From a virus: a stretch of DNA of 64,000 nt. Each line of letters starts with the position of its first letter. The first letter of the stretch is position 1. Position numbers and translations under genes: made by a program. Shown here one piece after another: positions 26,768 through 36,439 of this stretch. The stretch lies in IMG/VR virus record IMGVR_UViG_3300048837_000975, positions 1 through 64,000 of that record; one strand, 5' to 3'. The notes under the pieces are model-generated. The model was not told the origin of the DNA, did no database searches, and saw only the letters and a list, made by a program, of their open reading frames with translations.

Positions 26768-29092
26768 CTACGTTCCGGTTAAAGTTCGCATCTCAGTCCA
26801 GGTTACGGAAGGAAGGGTCTGTGTGCAGATCCATCCAGTGATCACGTATTGGGATCCGGGAGCCCCGAGCACCGAGGGGGCGATGTTCGTGGCAACGTCT
26901 CCGATCTGCCAAGAGAACCCAGTTATCGGGTCGGTCAGCGCTGGCGCAGCGCTGGTCGTTGACTGAAGAACACCGTCGGGCGTAATCCTAACCGCGCCAT
27001 CAACACTCTCTCCAGCGCGGATATATTCACGCTCTCCAGCGAAGCCTACGAACAACTGACATTCTGAGATGTATATCTGAGAGGTATCGTTGTTTGGAAG
27101 GGTAAAGCTCAGAACAAGTCCGTTTGTGATCATGTTCTGTGACACTCGACCGAGGACGGTAGAGAATTTGAATCCGTTCTCACAGTCAATGCCAAATGTC
27201 CACAGGTCCCAAGCGATACCGCCAGAATCTGCTCCGTGGCCTAACCTAAATCCGGCAGACGTTGCGTCGCCAGCTAGTTTCACCTTTGCACTAAAGACAA
27301 TCGGCGCTCCTAGGTAGTACTGAGGTAACGAGACGTTCTGAGTCATCTCATTTCCGAATCCAGTCTGCCTCGTAACCTTAGCGCACCACCTGGCGTTTCT
27401 GGTTCTGGTTGTGTCCGCTAGACCAACCCCACACTTGGTAGCAACGTATCCTGATCTATATCCGCGCCAATTCCATATGTTCCTGTTCGGGAAAGCCGGA
27501 ATAAACCGCGCCATATCTCCGTTCAGGCACAGATTTACGGGATCCTTAAGATCAAATGCCGGCCTAACGGGCTGCCCTCCGTATGAGTATGGAACGCTCA
27601 GTCTCACCGTATGTATTTTTGATATTTGCTCAGTGGGACCAGAGCCTCCACCGAGAATGGCTGTCTCATACGAAGTGTCGTCTGGACGAGGTGAAATTGC
27701 TCCAGTTACGATAACGTTCGGAGAGTTTACGATGTCAGCTTTGCCGCGAACCCCGTGAACGAAAATAGAGTTACAATTCTCAATCAGAATATCGTTGGTT
27801 ACGTTGTTCTCGCAGTAAATATCCTCCAGGCGTGTGCTGTAGTTCGCCTTTAAGTGTATCCCGATCCCGCAGCCCTGTAAACAGGCTGATATTCCAGACG
27901 CACCAGCTCCGCCATATGAGCCCTCGGCGTAGATTCCTGCGACCGTTGCCCCAGACTGATCGATTCTCACATAGGATGCGTTGATCCACCCATAACTGTA
28001 CAGGTTATAGTCCGGAAAACCTTGGACGATTCCAGGAAACAACTCCTTCATAATCTCACCGTTGTCACCAACGATGCGGACGAAAGACTGCTCTATGCTT
28101 CCTGCTCCAGTAATGGTGTTGGTTGTCCCAGGCCCCGTTCTGGCAACGGACAGGAAAGCCTCAAACCCGCCGTGTGCCCACACATCAACCCTAGAGCGAG
28201 TCAGCCCTCCAGCCCGCAGAGCCCACTTGCCCGGATTGGGTCCTCCCTCAAGCGCAAGATTTTCGATCGCGACGGTGAAGGCGGTTCCGTAAGGAGGGTC
28301 AAAATTTCCAATCTGGATAACAGCATCAGTAGCAGGGACGGCGCCCCAGATGATCGAACGAGGACCGTCTCCAAACATACGGAACCCGTTTGGTGGCGTA
28401 ACAACAGTGCTCATGATCCTGTAAACACCGTTAGGTACGTACAGATCCTTCTTGTTTGCTTCGCAGTAGGTCATTGCCGCGGCGAACGCAGCGGTATCAT
28501 TGGATCCTGTGTTTGTTACCGGGTTGTAATCACCAATCGCCCCAAATTCCTTAACAGACACATATCCCGAGTCAATGACAGCTTGGCCTCCGCTGGTTGT
28601 CACACCTGGACCCAGGAACTTCCAGGCGGTCTCGTACACCGTAGCGTTTAGCCGATCAACCAGCGCCAGAGGAGAGGTCGTTCCACCCCCCAGCACCCAG
28701 TCGCCCGCGCCCGTTCCAGTCGTGACAGCCTTGTACCAAACGTCGTTGGTCGTATCTAGGTACTCCTGCCCCACATACGCAGCGTCGACCGTGGGCGCTC
28801 CGGCACCAAACTGGTAGAGCTCGGGCGCCACACGGCGCCAGCACCCAGCCGGAGAGGCGGCAACACCGAGCGGGAAAGCCGGAGCCGTCCCGGTCTGACT
28901 GTACACGTACAGCGCCTGCTGGGACTTCACCCAGACGACCTGTCCGTTCGTCAGAAGGTCGGATCGAATGCTCTGCAGCGTCTCGCTAGCAGGACCGCCC
29001 TCAGAGTTAGCGAGGTAGCCCTTAGGAGCTACGACCTTGTCGACCTTGCCAAAAACTGGCGCCTTGCGGGATCTTACCTTTTGCACACACAC
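26768..29092 (-). CDS. tailspike-like beta-helix receptor-binding protein
   Basis: VSVKEFGAIGD..DTAAFAAA..LYVPNGVY pectate_lyase_3-type N-motif; shared anchor module. Confidence 0.8.
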   Translation of the reverse strand: MCVQKVRSRKAPVFGKVDKVVAPKGYLANSEGGPASETLQSIRSDLLTNGQVVWVKSQQALYVYSQTGTAPAFPLGVAASPAGCWRRVAPELYQFGAGAPTVDAAYVGQEYLDTTNDVWYKAVTTGTGAGDWVLGGGTTSPLALVDRLNATVYETAWKFLGPGVTTSGGQAVIDSGYVSVKEFGAIGDYNPVTNTGSNDTAAFAAAMTYCEANKKDLYVPNGVYRIMSTVVTPPNGFRMFGDGPRSIIWGAVPATDAVIQIGNFDPPYGTAFTVAIENLALEGGPNPGKWALRAGGLTRSRVDVWAHGGFEAFLSVARTGPGTTNTITGAGSIEQSFVRIVGDNGEIMKELFPGIVQGFPDYNLYSYGWINASYVRIDQSGATVAGIYAEGSYGGAGASGISACLQGCGIGIHLKANYSTRLEDIYCENNVTNDILIENCNSIFVHGVRGKADIVNSPNVIVTGAISPRPDDTSYETAILGGGSGPTEQISKIHTVRLSVPYSYGGQPVRPAFDLKDPVNLCLNGDMARFIPAFPNRNIWNWRGYRSGYVATKCGVGLADTTRTRNARWCAKVTRQTGFGNEMTQNVSLPQYYLGAPIVFSAKVKLAGDATSAGFRLGHGADSGGIAWDLWTFGIDCENGFKFSTVLGRVSQNMITNGLVLSFTLPNNDTSQIYISECQLFVGFAGEREYIRAGESVDGAVRITPDGVLQSTTSAAPALTDPITGFSWQIGDVATNIAPSVLGAPGSQYVITGWICTQTLPSVTWTEMRTLTGT

Positions 29093-29117
29093 AGTATGCA
29101 GCAGAAGCTCGTTCTAA

Positions 29118-29675
29118 TCAAGATTCGCGCTCCGGAAACAAACTCTTCTCGTCCCCTTCAGTTGGCTCAGCCGGTCCACCCTTGTAGTACATCAAGGTTC
29201 CCTTTTCGCCGTGTTCGAGCCCAATCGCGTGACCAAACTCGTGAGCAACCGTCACCTGTAGCTTACTAGAAACGTCAGACCGGATTCCAATGTCGCACTT
29301 AGAGTGAAAGCCGATCACGGAATATGAAGCTTCCTTTTGAACTAACGCATCAATCTCCCCGCCTTTCTGGTATCGGTAAACTGCGCATACCCCATCAAAG
29401 AACGTGTCTCTGGAAATTGGAGCCGACGACTTACAGGCACCTTCGTAGTGGATGACAGCTGGAACGTTGTTCCTTGCTGCTACCTCGTTCCACGAAGCGG
29501 CCGCCTCCAAGATCGTCAGAACCTCTTCCTCCGACCAGTCCGACTCGTTGATGCAGAACGAGTAACGGGCGACAGGAGACGAGATCTCTGAGACAGAGAT
29601 GCTCTCTTCAACACCTTGCTCGACGGAGCAAGCGATACCGATCAGAGCTACTAGAACCAGTGAAAGCTTCAACAT
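29118..29675 (-). CDS. matrixin-like (M10) metallopeptidase lipoprotein
   Basis: Lipobox IAC, HEFGHAIGLEH, Met-turn TLMY. Confidence 0.85.
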   Translation of the reverse strand: MLKLSLVLVALIGIACSVEQGVEESISVSEISSPVARYSFCINESDWSEEEVLTILEAAASWNEVAARNNVPAVIHYEGACKSSAPISRDTFFDGVCAVYRYQKGGEIDALVQKEASYSVIGFHSKCDIGIRSDVSSKLQVTVAHEFGHAIGLEHGEKGTLMYYKGGPAEPTEGDEKSLFPERES

Positions 29676-29718
29676 GCCGTAAGACTAGCTTGCGGCAGTG
29701 CCCAGATCAAGACCTGTC

Positions 29719-29772
29719 AAAAAAATAAGTGGGAGAGTGGCCTACACCACCACATGCAGGCCACTCTCCCAC
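29719..29772 (-). terminator. intrinsic terminator
   Basis: 15-bp stem GTGGGAGAGTGGCCT/AGGCCACTCTCCCAC followed by TTATTTTTTT on minus strand. Confidence 0.8.
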
Positions 29773-29851
29773 CCGACCAACACACGAAAGGAAACACACA
29801 ACCCACACGCTAGTCACCAAACACCACCCGTAGCCATCGGGCGAGATAGTA

Positions 29852-30367
29852 TTATGCTTCCACAGAATCAACGGTCATATAGATGTTACACGTTCCGGGA
29901 GTTCCGACGACACCTGCTTCAGCAACAAGAAGCCTAACAGCTCTGCAAGCCGCAGGAAGCCGCTCGTAGGTTAGACAGAACGTGATCGCGCTTCCAGACG
30001 CCGGAGCCGGACCGTTAACCTGCTCAAGGAACGCGTCTATGGTCGCATTCGGCGCAGCCGCGGTAATGCTGGTCGGATCAAGAATGATCTCACGAGCAAC
30101 ATCGTAGGTTCCTGCTGAAGCGTTAGCTATCTCGAACGGGGATGCGTTAGAGTATTCGTGACGGAACGTAGGGAAACCGCCAGCAGCTCCTCGTGTGTAC
30201 TTAACCCAATACGTCACACGTAGAGTACCCTTGTCGATCGCCTGGAACGCCTGGTCACTAAAAGCTCCAGCAGCCGGCAGAGACGACCCGGTAACGTAGT
30301 GAGGAATCCTTCCGAAGTATTCGCCGCCGGGTCCGTACCCACCACCAACACCTGTTCCGCCTGGCAT
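29852..30367 (-). CDS. beta-rich putative structural protein
   Basis: 171-aa ORF, alternating beta-strand pattern. Confidence 0.6.
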   Translation of the reverse strand: MPGGTGVGGGYGPGGEYFGRIPHYVTGSSLPAAGAFSDQAFQAIDKGTLRVTYWVKYTRGAAGGFPTFRHEYSNASPFEIANASAGTYDVAREIILDPTSITAAAPNATIDAFLEQVNGPAPASGSAITFCLTYERLPAACRAVRLLVAEAGVVGTPGTCNIYMTVDSVEA

Positions 30368-30368
30368 G

Positions 30369-31205
30369 TTACTGGTTCTCCGTGAATAGCAAAATACCGC
30401 CGAACGGTACGGTTACAAGCGAAGCGACAGGTGGAGCCGGATCGATGTTCGCTTCGTTGCCAAACCAGACACTGAACGGTTGGTCCGCCTGCTGAAAATC
30501 CCATGTTCCATCGGTTGCGCCGCCCTCAGCGCCGGAAGCGGCGGACACTCGCGTAGCCGTGATCAGGAGCTCGTCACCGAGAGCCTTGGTCGTGTACGGC
30601 TCAAAGAAGGTGTCTCCGTAGATTTGGTACGGATCAGTAATCGCCTCGCTTAGGCGGTATACTCCGTTGGACAGCCTCAGAAGCGCGTTTGTTGACGACA
30701 GGGGGGTAATGTCAGCGCCATCGAGGAACGGCACTACAGACTTGCCGCGAGCAGACGGAATGAACGTCTGAAGCACAGTACTGTCTACATCGGCGCCAAC
30801 CGGACCGACCGGAAGCAAACCAGGAATCGACCACGGACGACCATCAAACCTGTAATCACCAAGAGTACGAAGACGCCAGTGGAAGGTGTACTTGTATGCG
30901 GTCTCGACCCAGGTTGGGTTTGGATCCGTATCGACAAAGATACCAACCCTAGGGAACCAGATCGTTATGTTTGAACCGCGCGGCACCGAAACGTACCTGG
31001 CGGACGCTAGGGACAGATTTGGCCTTTTGCCTGAGTTGTTGTCGAATTCTATGTATTGATTGAGCTCATTAGGCCCAACGAACGGAACCTCGATCTCGAG
31101 ATCGACACCCTGGTAGGTCGCCTCGAACCCAGACCACGGGCGCAAGATCGTAACAATAGACCCCTGCGGGTCTTGCATAACAACTGTCGAAGCGCCATCA
31201 CCCAT
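30369..31205 (-). CDS. beta-rich putative structural protein
   Basis: 278-aa ORF coupled to neighbours. Confidence 0.6.
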   Translation of the reverse strand: MGDGASTVVMQDPQGSIVTILRPWSGFEATYQGVDLEIEVPFVGPNELNQYIEFDNNSGKRPNLSLASARYVSVPRGSNITIWFPRVGIFVDTDPNPTWVETAYKYTFHWRLRTLGDYRFDGRPWSIPGLLPVGPVGADVDSTVLQTFIPSARGKSVVPFLDGADITPLSSTNALLRLSNGVYRLSEAITDPYQIYGDTFFEPYTTKALGDELLITATRVSAASGAEGGATDGTWDFQQADQPFSVWFGNEANIDPAPPVASLVTVPFGGILLFTENQ

Positions 31206-31632
31206 GGTCGGAGTCCTTCTTATTCATAGCAGCAAAAGCCAACATGCCTGAGATGCCGGCTCCAAACAAAGCGACTGTAGCAGACTTCGTGGCCTCTTGT
31301 CTAGTGGTAGTGTCCGCACCGGACCAGCCTAGGTACGCGCGGTACCCGTTTCTGGCTGCGCCAACCAAAAGAGCGCCAGAAGCAGCACCCAGTGGTCCCA
31401 TGACAGCGGCTCCAGCGACAGCCCCAATACCAAGCCAGACCATCGAAACGCCAACGTCTGTCCGCGTTGATGACTTGGTCGCTTCAAACGCGACCTGGGC
31501 AGGACGAGGCGCCGGAGCAGCTCCAGGTCGGACAGGAGCATCGGTACTAGCCCGGCGCTCCTGCTCCTGGTACTCGTCCTGTTCCTCGTCTAGCTCCGCT
31601 TCCGCTGGAACGTCAAAGATTCCTAGGTCCAC
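31198..31632 (-). CDS. membrane protein with Gly-zipper helices
   Basis: GAVAGAAVMGPLGAASGA; GTG start 6 nt after TGtTACATT. Confidence 0.65.
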   Translation of the reverse strand: MDLGIFDVPAEAELDEEQDEYQEQERRASTDAPVRPGAAPAPRPAQVAFEATKSSTRTDVGVSMVWLGIGAVAGAAVMGPLGAASGALLVGAARNGYRAYLGWSGADTTTRQEATKSATVALFGAGISGMLAFAAMNKKDSDHG

Positions 31633-31675
31633 GCTAGGAATGTAACACATTCGCGGCAGTGGGCCAATTTCGGTG

Positions 31676-32038
31676 TCAATCACTCACTGCGACACTGAAG
31701 GTCACGCCGTCGCCGGTCAGTCCAGCATAGTCAGTCGGCGGCTCGGTCTCAGGAATCGACATATCGATCTCGATCACTCCGGTAGCCTCTGGCGGAATGG
31801 TGTCGTTGATCACTTTGGCGGTCGCATTGGCGCCCAAGGTACCACCATCACAGAACTCATATGCAACGCCCTCAGCGGCCGGCGTATCAGCAAACAGCTC
31901 CAGCTGAGCGCGGTTGTCCTCGGCAACGCGCTTCGCAACTTCCTCCTGAACCAGCTCAACCATGAGAGGATACAGGTCGGCAACAAACTTGTTGGTGAGT
32001 TCCTTGGCTTGCTTCTTGAAATTGGTCTTACGTGCCAT
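31676..32038 (-). CDS. hypothetical protein
   Basis: ORF from MARKTN with GAGG SD. Confidence 0.6.
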   Translation of the reverse strand: MARKTNFKKQAKELTNKFVADLYPLMVELVQEEVAKRVAEDNRAQLELFADTPAAEGVAYEFCDGGTLGANATAKVINDTIPPEATGVIEIDMSIPETEPPTDYAGLTGDGVTFSVAVSD

Positions 32039-32039
32039 G

Positions 32040-32348
32040 TTACTTTTGTTCCTCGCTGCCGCCCAAAGCGGCAATATTCTTGCTCAAGATTCGGATAGTT
32101 GTTTGAAGGTCTTTGTTCTCAGAATTCTTCTCGCCGAGCTCCAGCTTTACGTTCCATAGCTGCTTCTGAAGCTCGTCGTTTTCGTTCTTCAGTGAGGATA
32201 GCTTCCCACGAAGCCGTGCGCAAGCCTTTCTTGCGCCATTACGTCGTTTATCTGCAAGTCGCTTGAAGTGGAGCGCGGCGTCAATTTGTTCCGCTAGACC
32301 GGCGGCAACCGACACTAGCTTACCAAGATTAAGGTTCTTCAGCTCCAT
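32040..32348 (-). CDS. coiled-coil hypothetical protein
   Basis: Heptad pattern, GGAG SD. Confidence 0.6.
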   Translation of the reverse strand: MELKNLNLGKLVSVAAGLAEQIDAALHFKRLADKRRNGARKACARLRGKLSSLKNENDELQKQLWNVKLELGEKNSENKDLQTTIRILSKNIAALGGSEEQK

Positions 32349-32749
32349 GACGCAGCTCCTCCAAGGAGTTCACGAAGAACCTCGCCACCCTCACATGAGA
32401 ACAAGTCCTCTGGGTCATCTGAGACCTTGGTGAGGAAGAAGGTCGGGATGCGCTCGGTTGAGGCGACCGCTACTTCGCCAAGTGTACCGGTGGATTTCTC
32501 GAAGTTCGGTAGCACTACAACCGCGTCGCATACCTCCATCATGTCAAGGTCGCCATCGAGCCAGACCTGATCCGGACAGGCCCCGCTTAGACCTCTACCC
32601 ATGGTGTGTGGGCAGCATGGGAATCCCCTGACGGTTCTCGCTACGGCGACGGCAACCGCTCGCGCTCGATCGCAATTCAGCTCAACCTCGTACGGCGTCT
32701 TCGCTCGAAAAGGTCCAGCAACGTAAACCAAAACTCGTCGTCGGCTCAT
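32339..32749 (-). CDS. nucleoside 2-deoxyribosyltransferase-like (DUF1937/DUF4406-type) protein
   Basis: VYVAGPF...PH...CDAVVVLP.FEKS.G...E. Confidence 0.75.
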   Translation of the reverse strand: MSRRRVLVYVAGPFRAKTPYEVELNCDRARAVAVAVARTVRGFPCCPHTMGRGLSGACPDQVWLDGDLDMMEVCDAVVVLPNFEKSTGTLGEVAVASTERIPTFFLTKVSDDPEDLFSCEGGEVLRELLGGAASWS

Positions 32750-32988
32750 CGTTTGTCACCCAAGGAAAGAATCATGGTCCACTCCAAAACCACCGTGAGC
32801 AAGCTCGAAAGCGCTCCAGCCAGAAGGTATCCGCTGAAGTCTTCTGCGCCGAACGCCACGACCACAAGCGATGAAGCGAGGGCTACGCAGAAGATGATCA
32901 CGCCAGTGAGGACAAGCGCGAGCAGCAGACGGACGATGTGATCTGCGTCGATCACCGAAAGAACCTCGATCCGAGGATTGCGGCGCAT
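32746..32988 (-). CDS. small 2-TM membrane protein
   Basis: Two hydrophobic segments; 4-nt overlap with next gene. Confidence 0.5.
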   Translation of the reverse strand: MRRNPRIEVLSVIDADHIVRLLLALVLTGVIIFCVALASSLVVVAFGAEDFSGYLLAGALSSLLTVVLEWTMILSLGDKR

Positions 32989-33112
32989 AGCCCGGCAACC
33001 ACGAGAACAAACAGCGATCCTACCTCATCCTGATTCGCTTGGTGCCACATGGCTGCGCCAACGATGCCTGCGACAGCAACTAAAACGAGAACGAGGATCC
33101 GGGCCCAGTACG

Positions 33113-33529
33113 TCACTTGGTCATACAGCATGTTGCCAACTCCGATTCCAAAAGGTCAATTGCTGAGGCTAGCAGCTTGATGCGCGCCTCTTCGTTGTCT
33201 GTGTTGTTTGCCATGAAGATGTTCGAGATCGCCATGCCGATGCGAATGTTCTCGGCGTAGCTGACCCGCACCACCTTCTCTGTGAGCTCGTCCGGATCAA
33301 CCTTCGGTTGGTTGATGCTGTAGTTGCAGTACCAGATCGCTTTTCGAAGATCCTGCTGGAGAGATCCCTTGTGGTTGCGGCGAAGAATGTACTTCGCCGC
33401 GTTCCCGAGAGGGAAACTCATGCTGCCGGTGATCTCGATAGCCTCAACGCCTGAAGGATGTGACGTATAGTGAGGTGGGTGTGCAACTGGATCCACCACT
33501 GTCTTCTTGTCACGCTCGTGCTTTTTCAT
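33113..33529 (-). CDS. DUF3310 domain protein
   Basis: DPVAHPPHY..GVEAI..F.LGNAAKYILR..HKG..QDLRKAIWY. Confidence 0.9.
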   Translation of the reverse strand: MKKHERDKKTVVDPVAHPPHYTSHPSGVEAIEITGSMSFPLGNAAKYILRRNHKGSLQQDLRKAIWYCNYSINQPKVDPDELTEKVVRVSYAENIRIGMAISNIFMANNTDNEEARIKLLASAIDLLESELATCCMTK

Positions 33530-33993
33530 GACTTGACACCCAGTAAACCGCACAGGATATCGAAAGCTTCTTGAGGAGTTCGCCCGCGGGAGCTGGCACG
33601 GAAGTAGCGACTGGCTTGCTGCCCACTGTCTGACTCAACTACAGCTATGTAATAGCTTTTGTCAGGAACGTCACAGACGCTTACGAGCACCGTAGCGCCG
33701 CGCCATTGGCCGCGTCCATACCACTCGTTATTTCCTGGAGGGCTTCCTGGCTCGTGAAACCTTTGAACTTGTATTCCCGCGAACTGAAAGTCGTCGTTCA
33801 TCTTCTTGAATCTTCGCTTCAAGCTCCTTAGCGAGCTCGGGTTCTAGAATCGAAACTTGAACATCCATGCCAAAGCGGCACTGGGCGGACTCCCGCGCGT
33901 CGAACCATGTGTGGTGCTGCTCAACCTTGCCGATGTCCCAGTCGGCTGCCTGAATCCGAAACCACGGATCGCCCTTTTGGACCTTGGCGGCCA

Positions 33994-34275
33994 TCAGGCC
34001 TCGTCCTCGTCGTCAAGGGCGGAGTTGAAGTTCTTGCGGTTCAGCTCGCCGACCTCTTTCAGGCCGTCGACTGACGCGTAAAACTCGGGCCAGCGAGATT
34101 TGGACCAGATGACAAGACGAAGCTTCGTTCCCTCGTCCTTGGCGGCCTGTACCAGATCCGTAGCTTCTTGTAAGGCTGCCTTCGTAGCCCACAAAAGTCT
34201 GTCGTTGAAGAAAACAAAATCGACAACGCGGTTTGAGCGATCAACAAGTGAAATGTAATTGGAAGTTGCACTCAT
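33994..34275 (-). CDS. hypothetical protein
   Basis: ORF with TGaTATGGT 6 nt upstream of ATG. Confidence 0.6.
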   Translation of the reverse strand: MSATSNYISLVDRSNRVVDFVFFNDRLLWATKAALQEATDLVQAAKDEGTKLRLVIWSKSRWPEFYASVDGLKEVGELNRKNFNSALDDEDEA

Positions 34276-34306
34276 GTCTGTACCATATCATCCGTACGCT
34301 TCGGTT

Positions 34307-35431
34307 TCAACCGGAATCTTTGTTCCGATGTCGATTTTTCAAAGGGGCTAGGAGCTTGGCTAGAGAGGAACCTCCAGGGAGACCGCGAGCGCCAGAGTAT
34401 AGTGCACTATGATAAGCTGCCCATGTGTCTCCAGGATGACCGTTCTCAACTTTTCCAGAATGAACAGAAGGCCACCTCCCTTTGGATCTGTTATGTTCTG
34501 CTGCTCGTTCGAGTATAAATTCTGTGTTTATCGGCCGTTTGTTGCTTATGTTCTGAACCCCAAATCTATCCTCGAACAGCTTAGCAAGAGAGCTTCCTCC
34601 AAGCAGCCCTCTGGCACCGGTCATTAGCGCCGTATTGTAACCACTCCACGTGTCAGTTTCGTATCCACCGTCAACGCGACCCGAGTACTGCGTTGGCCAG
34701 CTCCCGTGCCGCCAGAAGAATCCCAATGCCATGTCTGAGACAAAATCTTCTGTTAGCCTGGGAAGTGCCGCCTTATTTGGCACGCCAAACCTTTCACTAA
34801 GTAGTTTTGCTAACGATGAACCTCCCGGAAGACCCCTTAGTCCTTCGCGAAGCGCGTATTCGTACCTACCCCACGTGTCGCGAATATGTCCTCCGGGGAC
34901 CTGTTCCTCCGTCGTTGCTTTCGGCCAATTTCCCGTCAGTGCGCGATACTCAAGCGCTCTTTCTGCTATGAAGCTCTCGGTTACATGAAGACCCCTTCTT
35001 CCTTGACCACCGAGCGTGGCGTTGTAGCCAAAGGAAGGACACCAACCAATGAAAGAGCGAAACGCTTTAACGAACCTAGGCTCCATCTCGGCGAGCGACA
35101 GGTCCCTTTCGTCTGACGCAAAAAGTATCTCATGCAGAAATACGTCAGACCCATACTTTCTTATTGCTCTTTTGAATACGTAGTCATATCCGCACCTGTG
35201 CTTTTTGCAGCTCTCAGTTTTGTGAAACGACCATCTGCTTGTTGGATTCGCAGCAAATCCCACATACGAGAACTCCCGCTCAACCCCGTCCACGACCTTC
35301 ACATGGTAGTGCCGGTAGACGTAGTACAGTGGCGCGTTCGGATCCGAAATGACGTGCGAGTACAGCGGGCTCTTCGTCCACTGCACTCCCCGTCGATTCA
35401 ACCTCGAGATGGTATCAATCTCGTCGGACAT
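34307..35431 (-). CDS. GIY-YIG-like endonuclease with three tandem ~75-aa repeats
   Basis: YVY..YVG..RW..H, GYN.T.GG; repeats ending DTW..Y..AL..G.RGL.GGSSLAKL. Confidence 0.75.
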   Translation of the reverse strand: MSDEIDTISRLNRRGVQWTKSPLYSHVISDPNAPLYYVYRHYHVKVVDGVEREFSYVGFAANPTSRWSFHKTESCKKHRCGYDYVFKRAIRKYGSDVFLHEILFASDERDLSLAEMEPRFVKAFRSFIGWCPSFGYNATLGGQGRRGLHVTESFIAERALEYRALTGNWPKATTEEQVPGGHIRDTWGRYEYALREGLRGLPGGSSLAKLLSERFGVPNKAALPRLTEDFVSDMALGFFWRHGSWPTQYSGRVDGGYETDTWSGYNTALMTGARGLLGGSSLAKLFEDRFGVQNISNKRPINTEFILERAAEHNRSKGRWPSVHSGKVENGHPGDTWAAYHSALYSGARGLPGGSSLAKLLAPLKNRHRNKDSG

Positions 35432-35753
35432 TCAAACTGACCGTCTCGTAGATCTGACTCGTTAGTCCGTAGACCCCGCGCTTCTTGATCTCTTCGTCGC
35501 TGCTGAATGTTTTGAACTCAACTTCGACCTTCACCGTTCGTGGGCCATCGATCACCTGGGCGTCTTGCCACTCATTATCGTAGAACACCTCGATGAATGT
35601 TCCGACGCGAAAAGCAGACACGGGAGACAGTTCCTTGACGACCCTGGCTGGCGTGTCGCCGCTAACCTGAACACGATTGGGCTCGTCGTCAAGGTTTTCT
35701 CCGCTAATCTCCAACCAAATCCTGTCATCGATCTTCATCGTCCGGCCATCCAT
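35415..35753 (-). CDS. hypothetical protein
   Basis: 112-aa ORF in operon. Confidence 0.55.
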   Translation of the reverse strand: MDGRTMKIDDRIWLEISGENLDDEPNRVQVSGDTPARVVKELSPVSAFRVGTFIEVFYDNEWQDAQVIDGPRTVKVEVEFKTFSSDEEIKKRGVYGLTSQIYETVSLNVRRD

Positions 35754-35805
35754 TCGCTCTCAGTCGTCACGTCTGGATCTTTGAGGCGTCCAGCTGCCTT
35801 TGTAA

Positions 35806-36213
35806 TTATCGTCCGGCGATCCACTCGGTAATGTAGAACTTAGCATCCCCAAGCGAGTCGGCAACCGCAAAACGAACGCCCTCGGATTCCGCTCGCTTTG
35901 CCCACTCGACCTGGTTTTTATTTAGCTTTCCACCCTTCTTCTTACACTCCAGGAAGCACGGTTTACCTTTCACAACAAGGAAAATATCCGGAGTCCCAGG
36001 CGGAGACAGCTGGACCTTCGACCCACTCTCGGTCGTCACCAGCCCGGAGTTCATGCGCCACGCCCAGATATGCAGCGCGTCACAAAGCGCAAGCACCTTC
36101 TTGACCAGACCATCGTCAGCGCGGCGGCGCACGGAAGGGAACCTGCGAGACACCTTCGTGCTAGCCACTGGTCCTCCTCGGGAATAGCCAAAGCCAGGAT
36201 ATTGCTCCAACAA
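35806..36213 (-). CDS. VRR-NUC nuclease (start uncertain)
   Basis: GTPDI..FLECK..G.L...Q..W. Confidence 0.85.
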   Translation of the reverse strand: MLEQYPGFGYSRGGPVASTKVSRRFPSVRRRADDGLVKKVLALCDALHIWAWRMNSGLVTTESGSKVQLSPPGTPDIFLVVKGKPCFLECKKKGGKLNKNQVEWAKRAESEGVRFAVADSLGDAKFYITEWIAGR

Positions 36214-36439
36214 TCAGCAGATTGACAGAGTAATTCCCAACCAGCGCAAGATCCGACGGGTACTTCGCCAGCACGTAAGCAAGCATCGCCACTTCGCCGA
36301 CCATCCACAGCGCAACCGTACCCCCAGCCATGCCCCGAGACGTTCCAAGGCGAACAGACTGAATCGCCTGCGGAATGCCGGATAGCGCGAACGCCAGGGC
36401 GCCAACGAAACCAACGACCTCAACCACTGTGGCGAACAT
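36161..36439 (-). CDS. PQ-loop (SemiSWEET-like) membrane protein
   Basis: G..GALAFALSGIPQA and three TM helices. Confidence 0.75.
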   Translation of the reverse strand: MFATVVEVVGFVGALAFALSGIPQAIQSVRLGTSRGMAGGTVALWMVGEVAMLAYVLAKYPSDLALVGNYSVNLLIVGAISWLWLFPRRTSG

